Shown here: positions 1 through 11,842 of the stretch, piece by piece
Position numbering within the stretch: position 1 is the stretch's first letter
How the letters are laid out: the number at the start of each line of letters is the position of its first letter
Assembly (NCBI GenBank): GCA_008632985.1
Contig: QPGO01000120.1
Span: 186,001 to 249,059 of the forward strand
Origin: Psammoneis japonica
Lineage: Eukaryota
Reading direction: 5' to 3'
DNA: 63,059 nucleotides
Position numbers and translations under genes: made by a program
The notes under the pieces: model-generated
The model's input: only the letters and a program-made list of their open reading frames with translations
What the model was told of the DNA's origin: nothing
Database searches by the model: none

Positions 1-100
1 ACCGGTGTTTCTCAACGACTTTCTCGTGTTGTCGCCACTGTTTGTCAAGGTTCACTACACTTGATTACATATTCACTATCGTATCAACGCTGTTGGTTCG

Positions 101-3100
101 ATGACGGTATCATCGTTGTGGACCGCTCTCGATGGAGCTCGATGCGGAAAACCAGTTGGAGCGAACGAAATGACGAATCCCAACAGTCAGATTGAGAACG
201 TCAACCCTTGGAACTATAATGAGAAGGCCGGTAACAACGTTCCCCCGAAATGTCCATCGCTAGCAGTAGATCTATCGATATGGATATGCGAGGCGCTGAC
301 ATCAATGGCCATGTCCAACAACCACGCCAACCCCGCACTCCATCTCGTTTACACTCGTACCATCAAGCTTCTCAGTATCGGTCTCAAGCTTGTTTTCGTC
401 ATTGAAGGGAAACGACGTATTCGTCGGACTGAAGGTGATGGTTTTCGCAAACGACGAAGCGGAACAGCCTTCTGGAGAGCGTGTCAGGATTGCGAGGAGA
501 TGCTGAAACTGCTTGGCGTCCCGGTCGTACGGGCCAAAGCAGAAGGAGAAGCCCTTTGTGCCATCTTGAATCAGAAGGGCATTGTTGATGGGGTCATCTC
601 CAACGATGGCGACTGTTTTCTGTTCGGCGCCAAGGTCCTCTACACGAAATTCTCGATTGAGAACCTTCAACAATCCCAAGTGATGCGATACGACGCGACA
701 GAGTTGTACGCTCGTGTTCACCATGAAACGGAAGCAGAAGAGGAGCAACTCGACGAAACACACCGGGGTGCATGTTTCAATGATAATGATGAGAATTCCG
801 CTATCATCAAGCTGAGTCGAGATGACTTAGTTGCATTCGCGCTTCTTACGGGGAGTGATCTCGCAGGAGATGGGTTGCCAAAGGTGGGATACAAGAAGGC
901 TGTTCGTTTCATTCGGAAATGCCAGCTCGATTATCCTTTGTCCAAAGAGTCGGCAACGTTAGACGAGCTCAAGTCATGGGCAAATACGGCAACAAGGCTG
1001 GATGACTGCCAGCTCGATGATATTGAAGCTCCAAAGACTCGCTGCTGTTCCGTCTGCCACCATCCGGGAGACAAACGCAGCCACGAAAAATACGGGTGCG
1101 AAATATGCGGAACTGGTCCGGGCGAAGCTTGCTTTGATATGTCACAGGAGGACGTGTTCCGAAAGTCTATCAAGTCCAAGGCCTTGAAGATGATGCCGAG
1201 ATTCGACCCCGCACAGGTGCTTGCCGCATACATGAAACCAAATGACAACCAGATCCCCTTTTCATTGTCCGGCGTAACTTCTGATACACTTCAGATGAGT
1301 TCGCCGCGCTTAAGCGACATGCTTAGTTCCTCTCTAATGATAAAAGGCCGATGCCTCGCAGGGAGTCGTGAATTTGTAACGCAATCGCTATCAAGGTTGC
1401 TTGCAAGGACCGATTTATTCCGCCACCAAGGAAGCAATGAGAGAACTTCAGACACAAAGCGTGGTCTCAGCAAGGAAACCCCGGTCCCCCTTCGAATCAC
1501 AAAGCGCCTTGTGCGAAATCGAGTCCCTTGCTACGAAGTGGAGTGGACAGTAAACGCCACGGTTACGGATGCTGAAGGAAATGCCGTTGATGGCTATGAG
1601 TTTTCCACAATCGAGTCCCAAGCCATGGTGGAGAAGTCATATCCGGGAATTGTTGAAGAGTTTGACAACATGCAAGAGGAGCTCGAAAAGCAGGGTGACG
1701 CCGAGGCGTGCCGAAGACGGACTTTCATTGACAAACTGATAAACAACGGCGGTGAGACTGCCACCAATCAAATCGGAAAGCAGCCAAAGAAACGGGAACA
1801 GAAGAAGCGATCTGGATTCTTTGAGAAGCAGCGTTCACAGGAGGCAACATTCAAGAAACAAAAAGCTATTCCATTCGCAAAGTTCCAAGAGGGAGATGAC
1901 GTCCGGAACCTGAGGCAACTCGTTAGGAAGAATCGAGAGGGACAACAAGATGTCGGCAGCTTTGACTTCAGTTCTATCGAGGATGATTGCTCCAACGATG
2001 ACAGCCACAGATTACAAGGAGCCGTTGATGAGATCACCGACGGCGTGAAATTCTTCTTGGGATCGCCCAATTCGCAACACGACACGTCCGTTGTTCACTA
2101 TGATAGAAGACTACCAAACGAAAGGCTGACAGGTATCACAACACCAAGTTCTTACGGTGTGAATACAACCAGTGAAGATACGGTAGTCGAGAAGCGACCT
2201 CACGCAGCGAAGAATAGGCGATCACCAATCGAAGAGATGCTCATCTCGACAAACAGAAAAAAAGCGGGAGTCAACAACAGACCCCAATTCTCAAACTACC
2301 GGCAGTCATCAAACATGTTTGCAACACCACCGAGACTCTTCAAAAAGTGCCCATGTTGCGCTGATTCGATGAAGACCTTCCGGCGATATTCACGAAGTTC
2401 CCCTGGTTTGATTCCTCCGCGAGATGACCGACTCTGCAGAAGCCACAACAGCGATCCGGCTCGACCTGTTGAACGGGATCTCGAACCATCGGAATGCTTC
2501 AGTCAAGCGTCCCGAGTCCCTTGCTACGAAGTGGAGAGAACAGTAAACGCCACGGATACGGATGCTGAAGGAAATGCCGATGATGGCTATGAGTTTTCCA
2601 CGATCGAATCCCAAACTACGGTGGAGAAATCATATCCGGGAATCGTCGAAGAGTTTGACAACATGCAAGAGGAGCTTGAAAGGCAGGGTGACGCCGAGGC
2701 GTGCCGAAGACGGACTTTCATTGACAAACTGATAAACAACGGCGGTGAGACTGCCCCCAATCAGATCGGAAAGCAGCCAAAGAAACGGGAACTGAAGAAG
2801 CGATCTGGATTCTTTGAGAAGCAGCGCTCACGGGAGGCAACATTCAAGAAACAAAGAACGATTCCGTTCACAAGGTTCCAAGAGGGTGATGACGTCCGGA
2901 ACCTGAGGCAACTCGTTAGGAAGAATCGAGAGGGACAACAAGATGTCGGCAGCTTTGACTTCAGTTCTATCGAGGATGATTGCTCCAAAGAGGACAGCGA
3001 TAAGTTTCAAGGAGCAGTTGATGAGATCACCGACGGCGTGGGATTCTTCTTGGGATCGCCCAATTCGCAACACGACACGTCCGTTGTTCACTATGATAGA

Positions 3101-3670
3101 AGACTACCAAACGAAAGGCTGTCAGGTATCACAACACCAAGTTCTTACGGTATGAATACAATCAGCGAAGATACGGTAGTCGAGAAGCGACCTCACGCCG
3201 CAAAGAACAGGCGATCACCAATCAAAAAGATGCTCATCACGACAAACAGAGAAAATACGGGAGTCAACAGGAGACCTCAAATCGCAAACTACTGGAATTC
3301 ATCGAACATGATTGCATCACCACCGAGGCTACTTGTAGAGAGCCCTTGCGCCGATTCGATAAAGACCTTCTGGCAATGTTCACGACATTCCCCTGATCCG
3401 ATTCCCCCACCAGATGACCGACTACGCAGAAGCCACAACAGCGATTCGTCTCGACCTGTTGGACGGGATCTCGACCCATCGGAATGCGTCAGTCAAGCGT
3501 CCCTTGGCTACTCTAGCGAGTATGAGGAGTACGAGCCCCTTCAGCTTTCGCCACTTCATCCTCGTCGACGAATTGTTGTTTGTCATATGGGAATCGATAT
3601 CACGATGAGCCCAATTTCACAGCGGTGGCAAGCGGGTCGAGTTCGCCGATCCCACCGAAATATGTTATAA
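101..3670 (+). CDS. GEN1: XPG/Rad2-family nuclease, GEN1-like Holliday junction resolvase with chromodomain-like region and a duplicated C-terminal segment
   Basis: XPG-N motifs (LAVDLSIWICEA, FVIEG), XPG-I (AEGEALCA..DGVISNDGDCFLFGA) and H3TH (ALLTGSD..G.PKVG). PLRITKRLVRNRVPCYEVEW resembles the GEN1 chromodomain start. Intact 1189-aa ORF. Confidence 0.85.
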   Translation: MTVSSLWTALDGARCGKPVGANEMTNPNSQIENVNPWNYNEKAGNNVPPKCPSLAVDLSIWICEALTSMAMSNNHANPALHLVYTRTIKLLSIGLKLVFVIEGKRRIRRTEGDGFRKRRSGTAFWRACQDCEEMLKLLGVPVVRAKAEGEALCAILNQKGIVDGVISNDGDCFLFGAKVLYTKFSIENLQQSQVMRYDATELYARVHHETEAEEEQLDETHRGACFNDNDENSAIIKLSRDDLVAFALLTGSDLAGDGLPKVGYKKAVRFIRKCQLDYPLSKESATLDELKSWANTATRLDDCQLDDIEAPKTRCCSVCHHPGDKRSHEKYGCEICGTGPGEACFDMSQEDVFRKSIKSKALKMMPRFDPAQVLAAYMKPNDNQIPFSLSGVTSDTLQMSSPRLSDMLSSSLMIKGRCLAGSREFVTQSLSRLLARTDLFRHQGSNERTSDTKRGLSKETPVPLRITKRLVRNRVPCYEVEWTVNATVTDAEGNAVDGYEFSTIESQAMVEKSYPGIVEEFDNMQEELEKQGDAEACRRRTFIDKLINNGGETATNQIGKQPKKREQKKRSGFFEKQRSQEATFKKQKAIPFAKFQEGDDVRNLRQLVRKNREGQQDVGSFDFSSIEDDCSNDDSHRLQGAVDEITDGVKFFLGSPNSQHDTSVVHYDRRLPNERLTGITTPSSYGVNTTSEDTVVEKRPHAAKNRRSPIEEMLISTNRKKAGVNNRPQFSNYRQSSNMFATPPRLFKKCPCCADSMKTFRRYSRSSPGLIPPRDDRLCRSHNSDPARPVERDLEPSECFSQASRVPCYEVERTVNATDTDAEGNADDGYEFSTIESQTTVEKSYPGIVEEFDNMQEELERQGDAEACRRRTFIDKLINNGGETAPNQIGKQPKKRELKKRSGFFEKQRSREATFKKQRTIPFTRFQEGDDVRNLRQLVRKNREGQQDVGSFDFSSIEDDCSKEDSDKFQGAVDEITDGVGFFLGSPNSQHDTSVVHYDRRLPNERLSGITTPSSYGMNTISEDTVVEKRPHAAKNRRSPIKKMLITTNRENTGVNRRPQIANYWNSSNMIASPPRLLVESPCADSIKTFWQCSRHSPDPIPPPDDRLRRSHNSDSSRPVGRDLDPSECVSQASLGYSSEYEEYEPLQLSPLHPRRRIVVCHMGIDITMSPISQRWQAGRVRRSHRNML
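1520..3503 (+). repeat. In-frame tandem duplication of about 993 bp (1520-2512 and 2513-3503) inside GEN1
   Basis: CGAGTCCCTTGCTACGAAGTGGAG occurs at 1520 and 2513. The protein block RVPCYEVE...SQAS is repeated at high identity. Confidence 0.97.
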
Positions 3671-3734
3671 GCGATTGCTTTTGCCACTCCTCTATTCGTT
3701 GATCCCTTTAAGAAATAATCCTCTACTCATTTTA

Positions 3735-4505
3735 TCAATCACAACTGATTTTCGGCTTGCTATTTGCTCCGTCCATTAGAACTTCTCCCGACGAAGAAAC
3801 TACACGGGAGAAGAACGTGGTGGGGATCATTCCGTTGCCGTCCACTCCGGCTGTAAGGATAACACCGTTTTCGCTTCGGAAGAATTCAATGCCTCTTTCT
3901 GCACATTGCTTCACATCCAAAAAGATGAAAACTTCACATGATTTTCTCATACCAGATATGACGTGCTTGTCTTTGGGCATTCCTGTCGCAAAGTGGATAT
4001 GGTTGCGAGTCATACGCGACAGTCCTTCTGTTTGAATGTGTTCACGCCACGCCTTGAAAAAGGTGCCGTGTACTACAGTGTCTAGTCTCTCGAAATCTTC
4101 CGTTGATAATCGTGTCAAGAGTCTTTCGAAATCGATATTTGGGATCGAATGGCCCTGATTTGCCCTGACGCAGAGAACCGTCGCGTCTCCATCATCATTT
4201 GGATCTGCTTCAAGATTGTCGGCACAGCGGACACTCAGTTTGTATCGTTGTTTGTCGTTGGTGGCAACAACGTGACGAACGTCCTCCTCCGTCCAGCCTC
4301 GAAACCGTTTGTTTCCACAGTCTAGCATTTCATTTACAGAAACAAAACCATCCGACGTCATGTTGAGGCTCAGCTGCGGTGCGGCATGACGAAGTGCCCA
4401 ACTCATTGCGCGAGAAAGGGATCGATAGTCTTTTCCGCATTCCGATTTTTTTTTTGAAGCCGCATTATTGCTCTTTGGCTTTTTCTCTTTGCGGGGTTCA
4501 TCCAT
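3735..4505 (-). CDS. TPT1: tRNA 2'-phosphotransferase (Tpt1/KptA)
   Basis: Motifs LSRAMSWALRH, NDKQRY, RANQGHS, VVHGT, LSRMTRNHIHFA, SGMR and SENGVILT. Confidence 0.95.
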   Translation of the reverse strand: MDEPRKEKKPKSNNAASKKKSECGKDYRSLSRAMSWALRHAAPQLSLNMTSDGFVSVNEMLDCGNKRFRGWTEEDVRHVVATNDKQRYKLSVRCADNLEADPNDDGDATVLCVRANQGHSIPNIDFERLLTRLSTEDFERLDTVVHGTFFKAWREHIQTEGLSRMTRNHIHFATGMPKDKHVISGMRKSCEVFIFLDVKQCAERGIEFFRSENGVILTAGVDGNGMIPTTFFSRVVSSSGEVLMDGANSKPKISCD

Positions 4506-4829
4506 CGTCTTGCCTTCTTGTTAGTTTTCCAGGGCTGGTAGGCCTTTTTTATGGCGGTTGGTTGTTGGTTCAACCTATGTGTTCTGTGATAAGGCGGAAT
4601 AATCATTCATTAGGTGCAGGCAAGCGCCATCGTCAGCAGTCAACAGGCGCAGTGCGGAGCGCAGGACGCAGGACGGACGCCGCCGCTGTTTCGAGGGTGT
4701 CCGTCCGTCAGTGGTTCGACCTTGAGACCGTCATATTCACACTGTACCCAGTCCCCCACTGTAGGGCCCCACTCTACTCTCTCTAAGAGGGCCCCAGTAG
4801 AGAGTCATCGTGAAACACCATGTTATTTT

Positions 4830-5900
4830 GTTTGGGCCACAGTTTGTGTGCTGCTTGTACACCCGTCACTGCCTCGCGCAAATCGACACAAAAGCACAGC
4901 GCAGTGACCGAAATGTCACCTCTGCCGATGCAACAACGTGTTGCCTCCACACTGTGAGATGCCCCAACTTGTCAACCAACACACAAGAGATTGTGTGCAG
5001 AGCATTGCCATGACATTGTTTGACCTGTTTTTGCACCAGCATCGTTGATGGAAACTCTCGTGGTCATTTTTCATTTGTGCAGGAGACGAGGGGTTTTTTG
5101 CGCAGTTTTTCTTGTCTCACAACCACGGTGTGGCAGACACCAGCTCGACACCAGCTCCACAGATGACAAAACTGGATTTGAGGTGCTTTGAATTTTTAAT
5201 TAGCACAGAATGTTTAAACTCAATGGTTGATGAAAGACTCGCACACGTGGCCTTGTTGGCATCAAAATGATGAGTGGTTTTTGGCAAAGGGACAGCTGAG
5301 TTTGTGCCGCCATGGTCGCGAAGCATGGCATTCCACCACGACGTGAAAATCCTCCATGGCAAATTTGAACCAGGTTGTGAGCATGCAAAAACACACAGAA
5401 GTGGTGCCATGTCACACGGCCCAAAAAAACACTTGTCTGTCATTGGAGGGGTGGGTGTTTTCTGATCTTTGGCACACCTCTCTCAAGGTTTTTCTCTCAT
5501 GTGCCATGCTGGCTGTGTGCTCTCATCCAATTGCCATGCAGCACTCTTGAAGGCCGCAATGTGGCTTGAAAGCAAAAGCTCATTCAGCATGGGTTTGGCG
5601 GGGATTTCAGCAGCATTCGTTGGTGCACCTCTCATCAGCACTGTGCTCACACACAGTGACCAGCTCTGTGAAATGACCACAAAATGGCCCAAAAAAGATG
5701 GGGTTCATGATGCCCACTTTCATTTGGGCCAGAGGATTATGGAGTTGACTTTTTTCATGATGCACTGGCAGGAACTCGAACCAGGAACTGCATGGATGTC
5801 CACATCTCGAAGAGAACATGTAAAGAAAATGAGCATCAGATCATCCCAAAGGACAATCTTTCGCTGGCCACTGCACTTTCTCAGAAGAATTCCGCCTCCA
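4830..5900. other. TpA-depleted degenerate relic of unidentified origin
   Basis: Very few TA dinucleotides. Overlapping Cys/His-rich, Tyr-poor ORFs with no recognisable domain. Confidence 0.6.
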
Positions 5901-6149
5901 ACAGTTCAGAATAATCTAAGTTTATCCCTTACTAAATATTAGTACGGTAATAGGATCCACATTCCTACGACACATGATGTATGTGCATGGATGATTCAAG
6001 AAACCCAAAGTGGGTGCTAAAAATCTAACTGCTGGTTTGCGATGATGTCAACAGAAGACACAACCCATTAGAGAGTGCTTCCCAGGAAATCTCTATAAAA
6101 TGTCAAACTTCCAGAAAAGAGGCCGAGAAACCGCATAAAGCCTGACCTT

Positions 6150-7180
6150 CTACATTGTTCCCCAGTCATCACTTCCCTTTCCGCTCGTCAAACCATCGTC
6201 TCGATGTTGGGCAACCGGTCGCATAAGCCTTCCGATAGCCATGAGCTGATTCCACACATTTTCTGTCGTACCAGAAACATCCAAGTTTACAATAGGAACG
6301 TGCTGCTCTCTCAACCAATCAATCGCGATTGGATGGTACTTGTGATATACACGCAATCGTTGCAACGCCGTATCAATGTTGTCATCCTTGCGAGAGTCTC
6401 CATTCTCGGCTGCTTGTCGACCGCGATTAATAATTCGTTCAATCAAAATAGTGTCATCACATTCCAAATGAAGCGCCAGTTCGGGAACACCACAAAGCTC
6501 CACCATGTCTCGTGCGTTTTCCAACGACCTCGGAAAGCCATCGAGCAAGACACGTTTGCCGGGATGGGCACGCATCCGTCTTCGAATGAGCGTCACAATC
6601 AGAGCACTCGACACGAGCTCACCACGAGCCATGATTGCCGCACACTCTCTCCAAGAGGCGTATCCCGCTCCACTTCGGCTCGTAGCAGCTCTCCACTGCT
6701 CAAATGCACAGCGCTACACTCGGCCGCCAATCGATCACACAAAATACCCTTGCCGGAACCGGGACCACCAATCACCAGGACGATACCCGCCGGCTTGTCT
6801 CCTAAAATCTGATCGGCGCCCACAAGAAATTCCGTCAATTCAATCGTTCCGGAATTATCCAAATCCACCGTTTCAAACAATTTTTGCAGCGTGTCTTGAC
6901 TGGGACGTTCGCCTATGCTGGCTAACAATTTCCGGACTCCCTCCAAATCGAGATAATCTTCACCACCGTGGTCTGATTTTATAGCAAAACGATGATACAA
7001 ATCTTTGATGACCGACATTTCACTGTCCGCAAACACGGACGAACCCGGCTCTGGAGAATCAGCATGAGTTGTGTCGGGCGTCGCGACGGTTTGGAAGGAT
7101 CGGAAGAAGCAGTAGTGTTGTTTCGCCAATGTTGTGGCTCGAGAGCGTAATAATCTCGTGGCAAGGAAACGGCTTGCCAT
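6150..7180 (-). CDS. Adenylate/UMP-CMP kinase with N-terminal EF-hand and probable mitochondrial presequence; one frameshift near 6650
   Basis: EF-hand DLDNSGTIELTEF, P-loop GGPGSGKG and HLSSGELLR in ORF 6599-7180. LLDGFPR and R.DDN in ORF 6150-6632. The two join if one base is restored in GGAGAGAGTGT. Confidence 0.85.
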
Positions 7181-7583
7181 TGTTTTGATACAGGACGGTG
7201 TTTACATACACCAGTCTAAAGATGAAAGCACCTTATGGTTGGAACGTTGAACTTCTATCTTTTATCCACCATGGCGAGCTGATGGCATGTCCGATGTCTT
7301 GACCTGCTCATGCGTCGCAGAACAGAGAACAGAGAAAGGATCATCATCTCCGTTACTGATGAAACGAAATGAAACAGCCTGTGAACGCACGGACGGACAG
7401 AGTCGGCCGATGTCGATTTTTTTAGCTCACATGCAAGTGATGAAGCCGGCCGAAAGCGACAAGTAAGCTTGCATCATCGTCGAGCTTTGTAACTTACTAG
7501 GTTTGGCAAGACCAATTAAAGTCTTGTTAGTGCACAAGGTGTTTAGTACCTTAGAAAACCCCACCGCAATCCACTTTTTCGCC

Positions 7584-8640
<1,057 letters not shown>

Positions 8641-8714
8641 AAGAAGGATTGAACTTTCACGGAGAAGATTTTACCAACATTGGAGTCACGCCTTTGATAT
8701 CGATGTGTGCTTAT

Positions 8715-9285
8715 TTAAATTTGTCTGAGCTTCTTGAAGCACTGTCGACACGTTCTGTTCAAAAGCGATTCAACGCGATCTACAGTCGAAAAAACAAATG
8801 ATTCAAGGCTGTCGATCCTTGTACTGTACACAACAGCAGTCGAGTCAAAGGATCCTAGATGGAAGGCGTGGCTGCACTCAAGCGTTTTGTCGATCTTTCA
8901 GATGTTTCAAGTTGGCCATTTCCTTTTGCGACGACAGAACGAAGCATCTCTGTCTATGCCGTAGTAGCAAAAAAGTACTCCAGACGGAACACTCCGGATC
9001 ATAACTTGATCTTTCGCCCGATCGCTTAAGGAAGCAGCGTTGTCGTAAATCGCTGCTGCGTCTCGATATACTTGCCAAATGGTGCGCACTGACGCCAAGC
9101 ATCGTCATGCTCCATGTACCTTTGTGAATCGGCCGCAATGTGTAGAGGTAATAACTTGCCCTCTTCCTCCGCTAATGGTGCAAGCCGAGGAGCAACTTGA
9201 AGCTTTTTTTTTTGACAGTGTCGCGTACAAGCGACCGACTCGGATCGAAACCATGCACCACCGGCCACCAGCCAGCTCTTGAACT
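8715..9285 (-). pseudogene. Degenerate ankyrin-like (LPLHIAA) gene fragment, TpA-retaining copy of a locally repeated family
   Basis: EEEGKLLPLHIAA..VRTIWQVYRDAAAIYDN in broken frames. Aligns by eye with 16400-16950, 22130-22480 and 27860-28200. Confidence 0.55.
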
Positions 9286-9339
9286 ATGTGATGATGTAGA
9301 GTATGATGATGTACAACACTCTCTAGCTCTAGTGAGTAG

Positions 9340-11568
9340 CTAGGTGTCACTAGAAAGACTTGGTAGTTTTGTCCACCACTCTTTTGCAAGGATTGTAACT
9401 CGTTCTAGTTCACGAGTCACGTCCTCCAGAGATGCCGCGTCGACCCGTCGTCCACACTTGGCAATAAATTTGTCCGGGTGAAAGCGAAGAAGCGCAGCTT
9501 TGATGGTTTCTTTCTGTCCTTCATAAGTCATGAGAGAATCAAGGTGGAAAGGATTTTCCAAAGGACCGGAAGGCCATGGAATGTCCTCAACCATGTTGTT
9601 GGGCTCCTCTCGGCAGCTGACAAAGACCGTCCATGCATCCTCGTGCACTTGTCTTGCAGTGCTGCAGTCCTCATGCAAGATAGCGAAGGATGCCTTCTCA
9701 TCAACTGCCTCTAAACTGGCGTCGGGCAGCAAGCTTTTCCAAAAATGACGCGGCCTCGGTGCACAATCGCAGATGCTTTTTGCCTCTTGTCATGGCAACA
9801 CAGATGAAGTTCAGGAGTTCCTTCCATGCCTGCGATGACCAGTGTTCACTCCTTCCTGCACCTTGGACATGGGTTCAAAATTAAATCATTGCAAACCAGG
9901 ACTGAATCAAACTCAAGCCCTTTCGAGGCATGAGATGCAACAAAAATGACACCATTGAATTGGTTCATGTCTTCAGTGCCAGTGTCCTTCTGGACGTCTG
10001 TTCTCCAATTTTTGACCCAAGACTCCTCGATTTTATCAAACAATGATGAAATGCTTTCACCACAATTTCTTTGAAGAAAACTTTGACTGAGCACAACGTT
10101 GTTTCTCATTTCACTGTCATGCACTTCCTTGCAGCACTCTTCAATCAGATCACCAGTGGTTCGGAATTTCTCCCCTCAGTGGAGAAGAATCAATGATGAG
10201 CACCTTCCCTCATCCTCATCACACTGGGGTTGTTGTCATGCTCTTGAGAAAGAAGGTGTGGTGACTTTTTTGATGATTGATCATCTTCATCCTTAAAACA
10301 AGTGTGACAGCGGACAAACTCTTCCAGAGAAGACAACTCGTTTGACATTTCGAACAGTTTTTCTTTTGTGTCACAGAACACCTGTCTTGACGGTGTGTGT
10401 TTTTCAAGACATCTGTGCACACTTTTTTGTGTCCTGCAAATCACAACTCCTTGTTCAATGTTGTTGCCTTCAGAGACGCATCTGTCCTTGGCAGCAAGGC
10501 CTTCTAGCCTGCATTTGGAGCTGAAATGGAGGACTTGACTTGCTGTTGCTTTTTTGCATTTCCCAAACCAGAGTGAGCCACATGCATCGGAAACTCCTTT
10601 GTCGCTGTGGTGGTGTCAAAGGAGTCACTGGTGCCTCAGAACTGATGCATCCTTTGGTTGCTGTCACCCACCAAGTGCACCCTTGCATTGTGCCCCACCA
10701 AGAATTTGTTTCTCCACAGGAGGTTTTCCTGACACGGGGTCAGATCTTGGTCTTCGTTGACCAACATGGCATCCTGATGAAATTCAGGAGCATGTTCATC
10801 AATGAAAATGACAAACCAATGAGCTGAACCTTGAAGATTGTAAAAATCCCTTCTCCTCAAACATGAGCTGCAGCTGAAGAACCTTGAGATAGGAATCATG
10901 TTGGATGGCATCATTCGCTTGCTGAAGACAGGCCTTCAAAATGATGGAGAAGAATTCGTCTGCCCACTGGACGTGTTGTGAAGGCAGGACATCTTTTTTG
11001 CACTCAGAACGTTCTGACTCACCATCATCTGCACAACATTTAGCTCGGAAAATCACATGTTTTTCTAGGATGGAGTCTGAATCAGAATGCTGAAAGCAAG
11101 TGACTGTAGAGACTGCAAAACTTCCGATTGTTTTCGCAATCCTGGCCCTTTTTTTCTTTCCTTGCCTGAAATTTGCACTTACAAATTCATCAAGTTCAAG
11201 CTGCTCCACAACATGCTTTTGAGAACACTGTAGGATGAGATGGGCTTCACGGAATTGCCCCTTCCGAATACGAGTCGTTTGGAGAATGCGTGGGAAGTTA
11301 ACATTGCAACATTCTTTGGAAATTTGCCAGACAATCGAGCTTCTTCCTGTGCCTTGTGGCCAAACACCACATACAACAATGAAGCTTTTTGCCCTAGCCG
11401 CTCCACGAGACTGTGGCAGAGAAACTGCAATGTTGTAGTCTTTCCGCATCCCGCAAGAGAGGAGATGCGAACAATGTCTCCGGGAGCTGCTGGGTGTTTG
11501 ATCACATCCTGTTGTTCGTCTGTTAGGTTAGCAAACGTATGGTCGCTGTCAACATTTGAATGCATCAT
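9340..11568 (-). pseudogene. UvrD/FBH1-like SF1 helicase with C-terminal J-like domain (IPWP..ALLRFHPDKF), disrupted
   Basis: LTDEQQDVI, SLAGCGKTTTL, LLYVVFG, LTSHAFS, MLVNEDQDLTPCQ (cf. DEAQD), VHLVGDSNQRMHQF (cf. VGD..Q.IY.F) and HASKGLEFDSV. Multiple frameshifts and stops. Confidence 0.8.
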
Positions 11569-11842
11569 TTTCTTCTATCGCTCGGTACTATACAGTTATA
11601 GAGTCAATAGACGCCTAAGACAAGTTTCGTTGGACGCAGAAGGGTCACAAAGTCACAAATCAAGTAGAGGACAATCAGCTGACTTAATGAGCTCTTGAAC
11701 GGTCACGGGGAGCATCTCGATTTCTAGAGGGCGAAGCTTGAGAGTCCAGCAGCGGCCTGTCGCAAATGAATTCAATGGACTTGATATATCGCACTGAATA
11801 TTCATGGACAATATATAAATGTAGCAGTGAAAATGCCATCTC

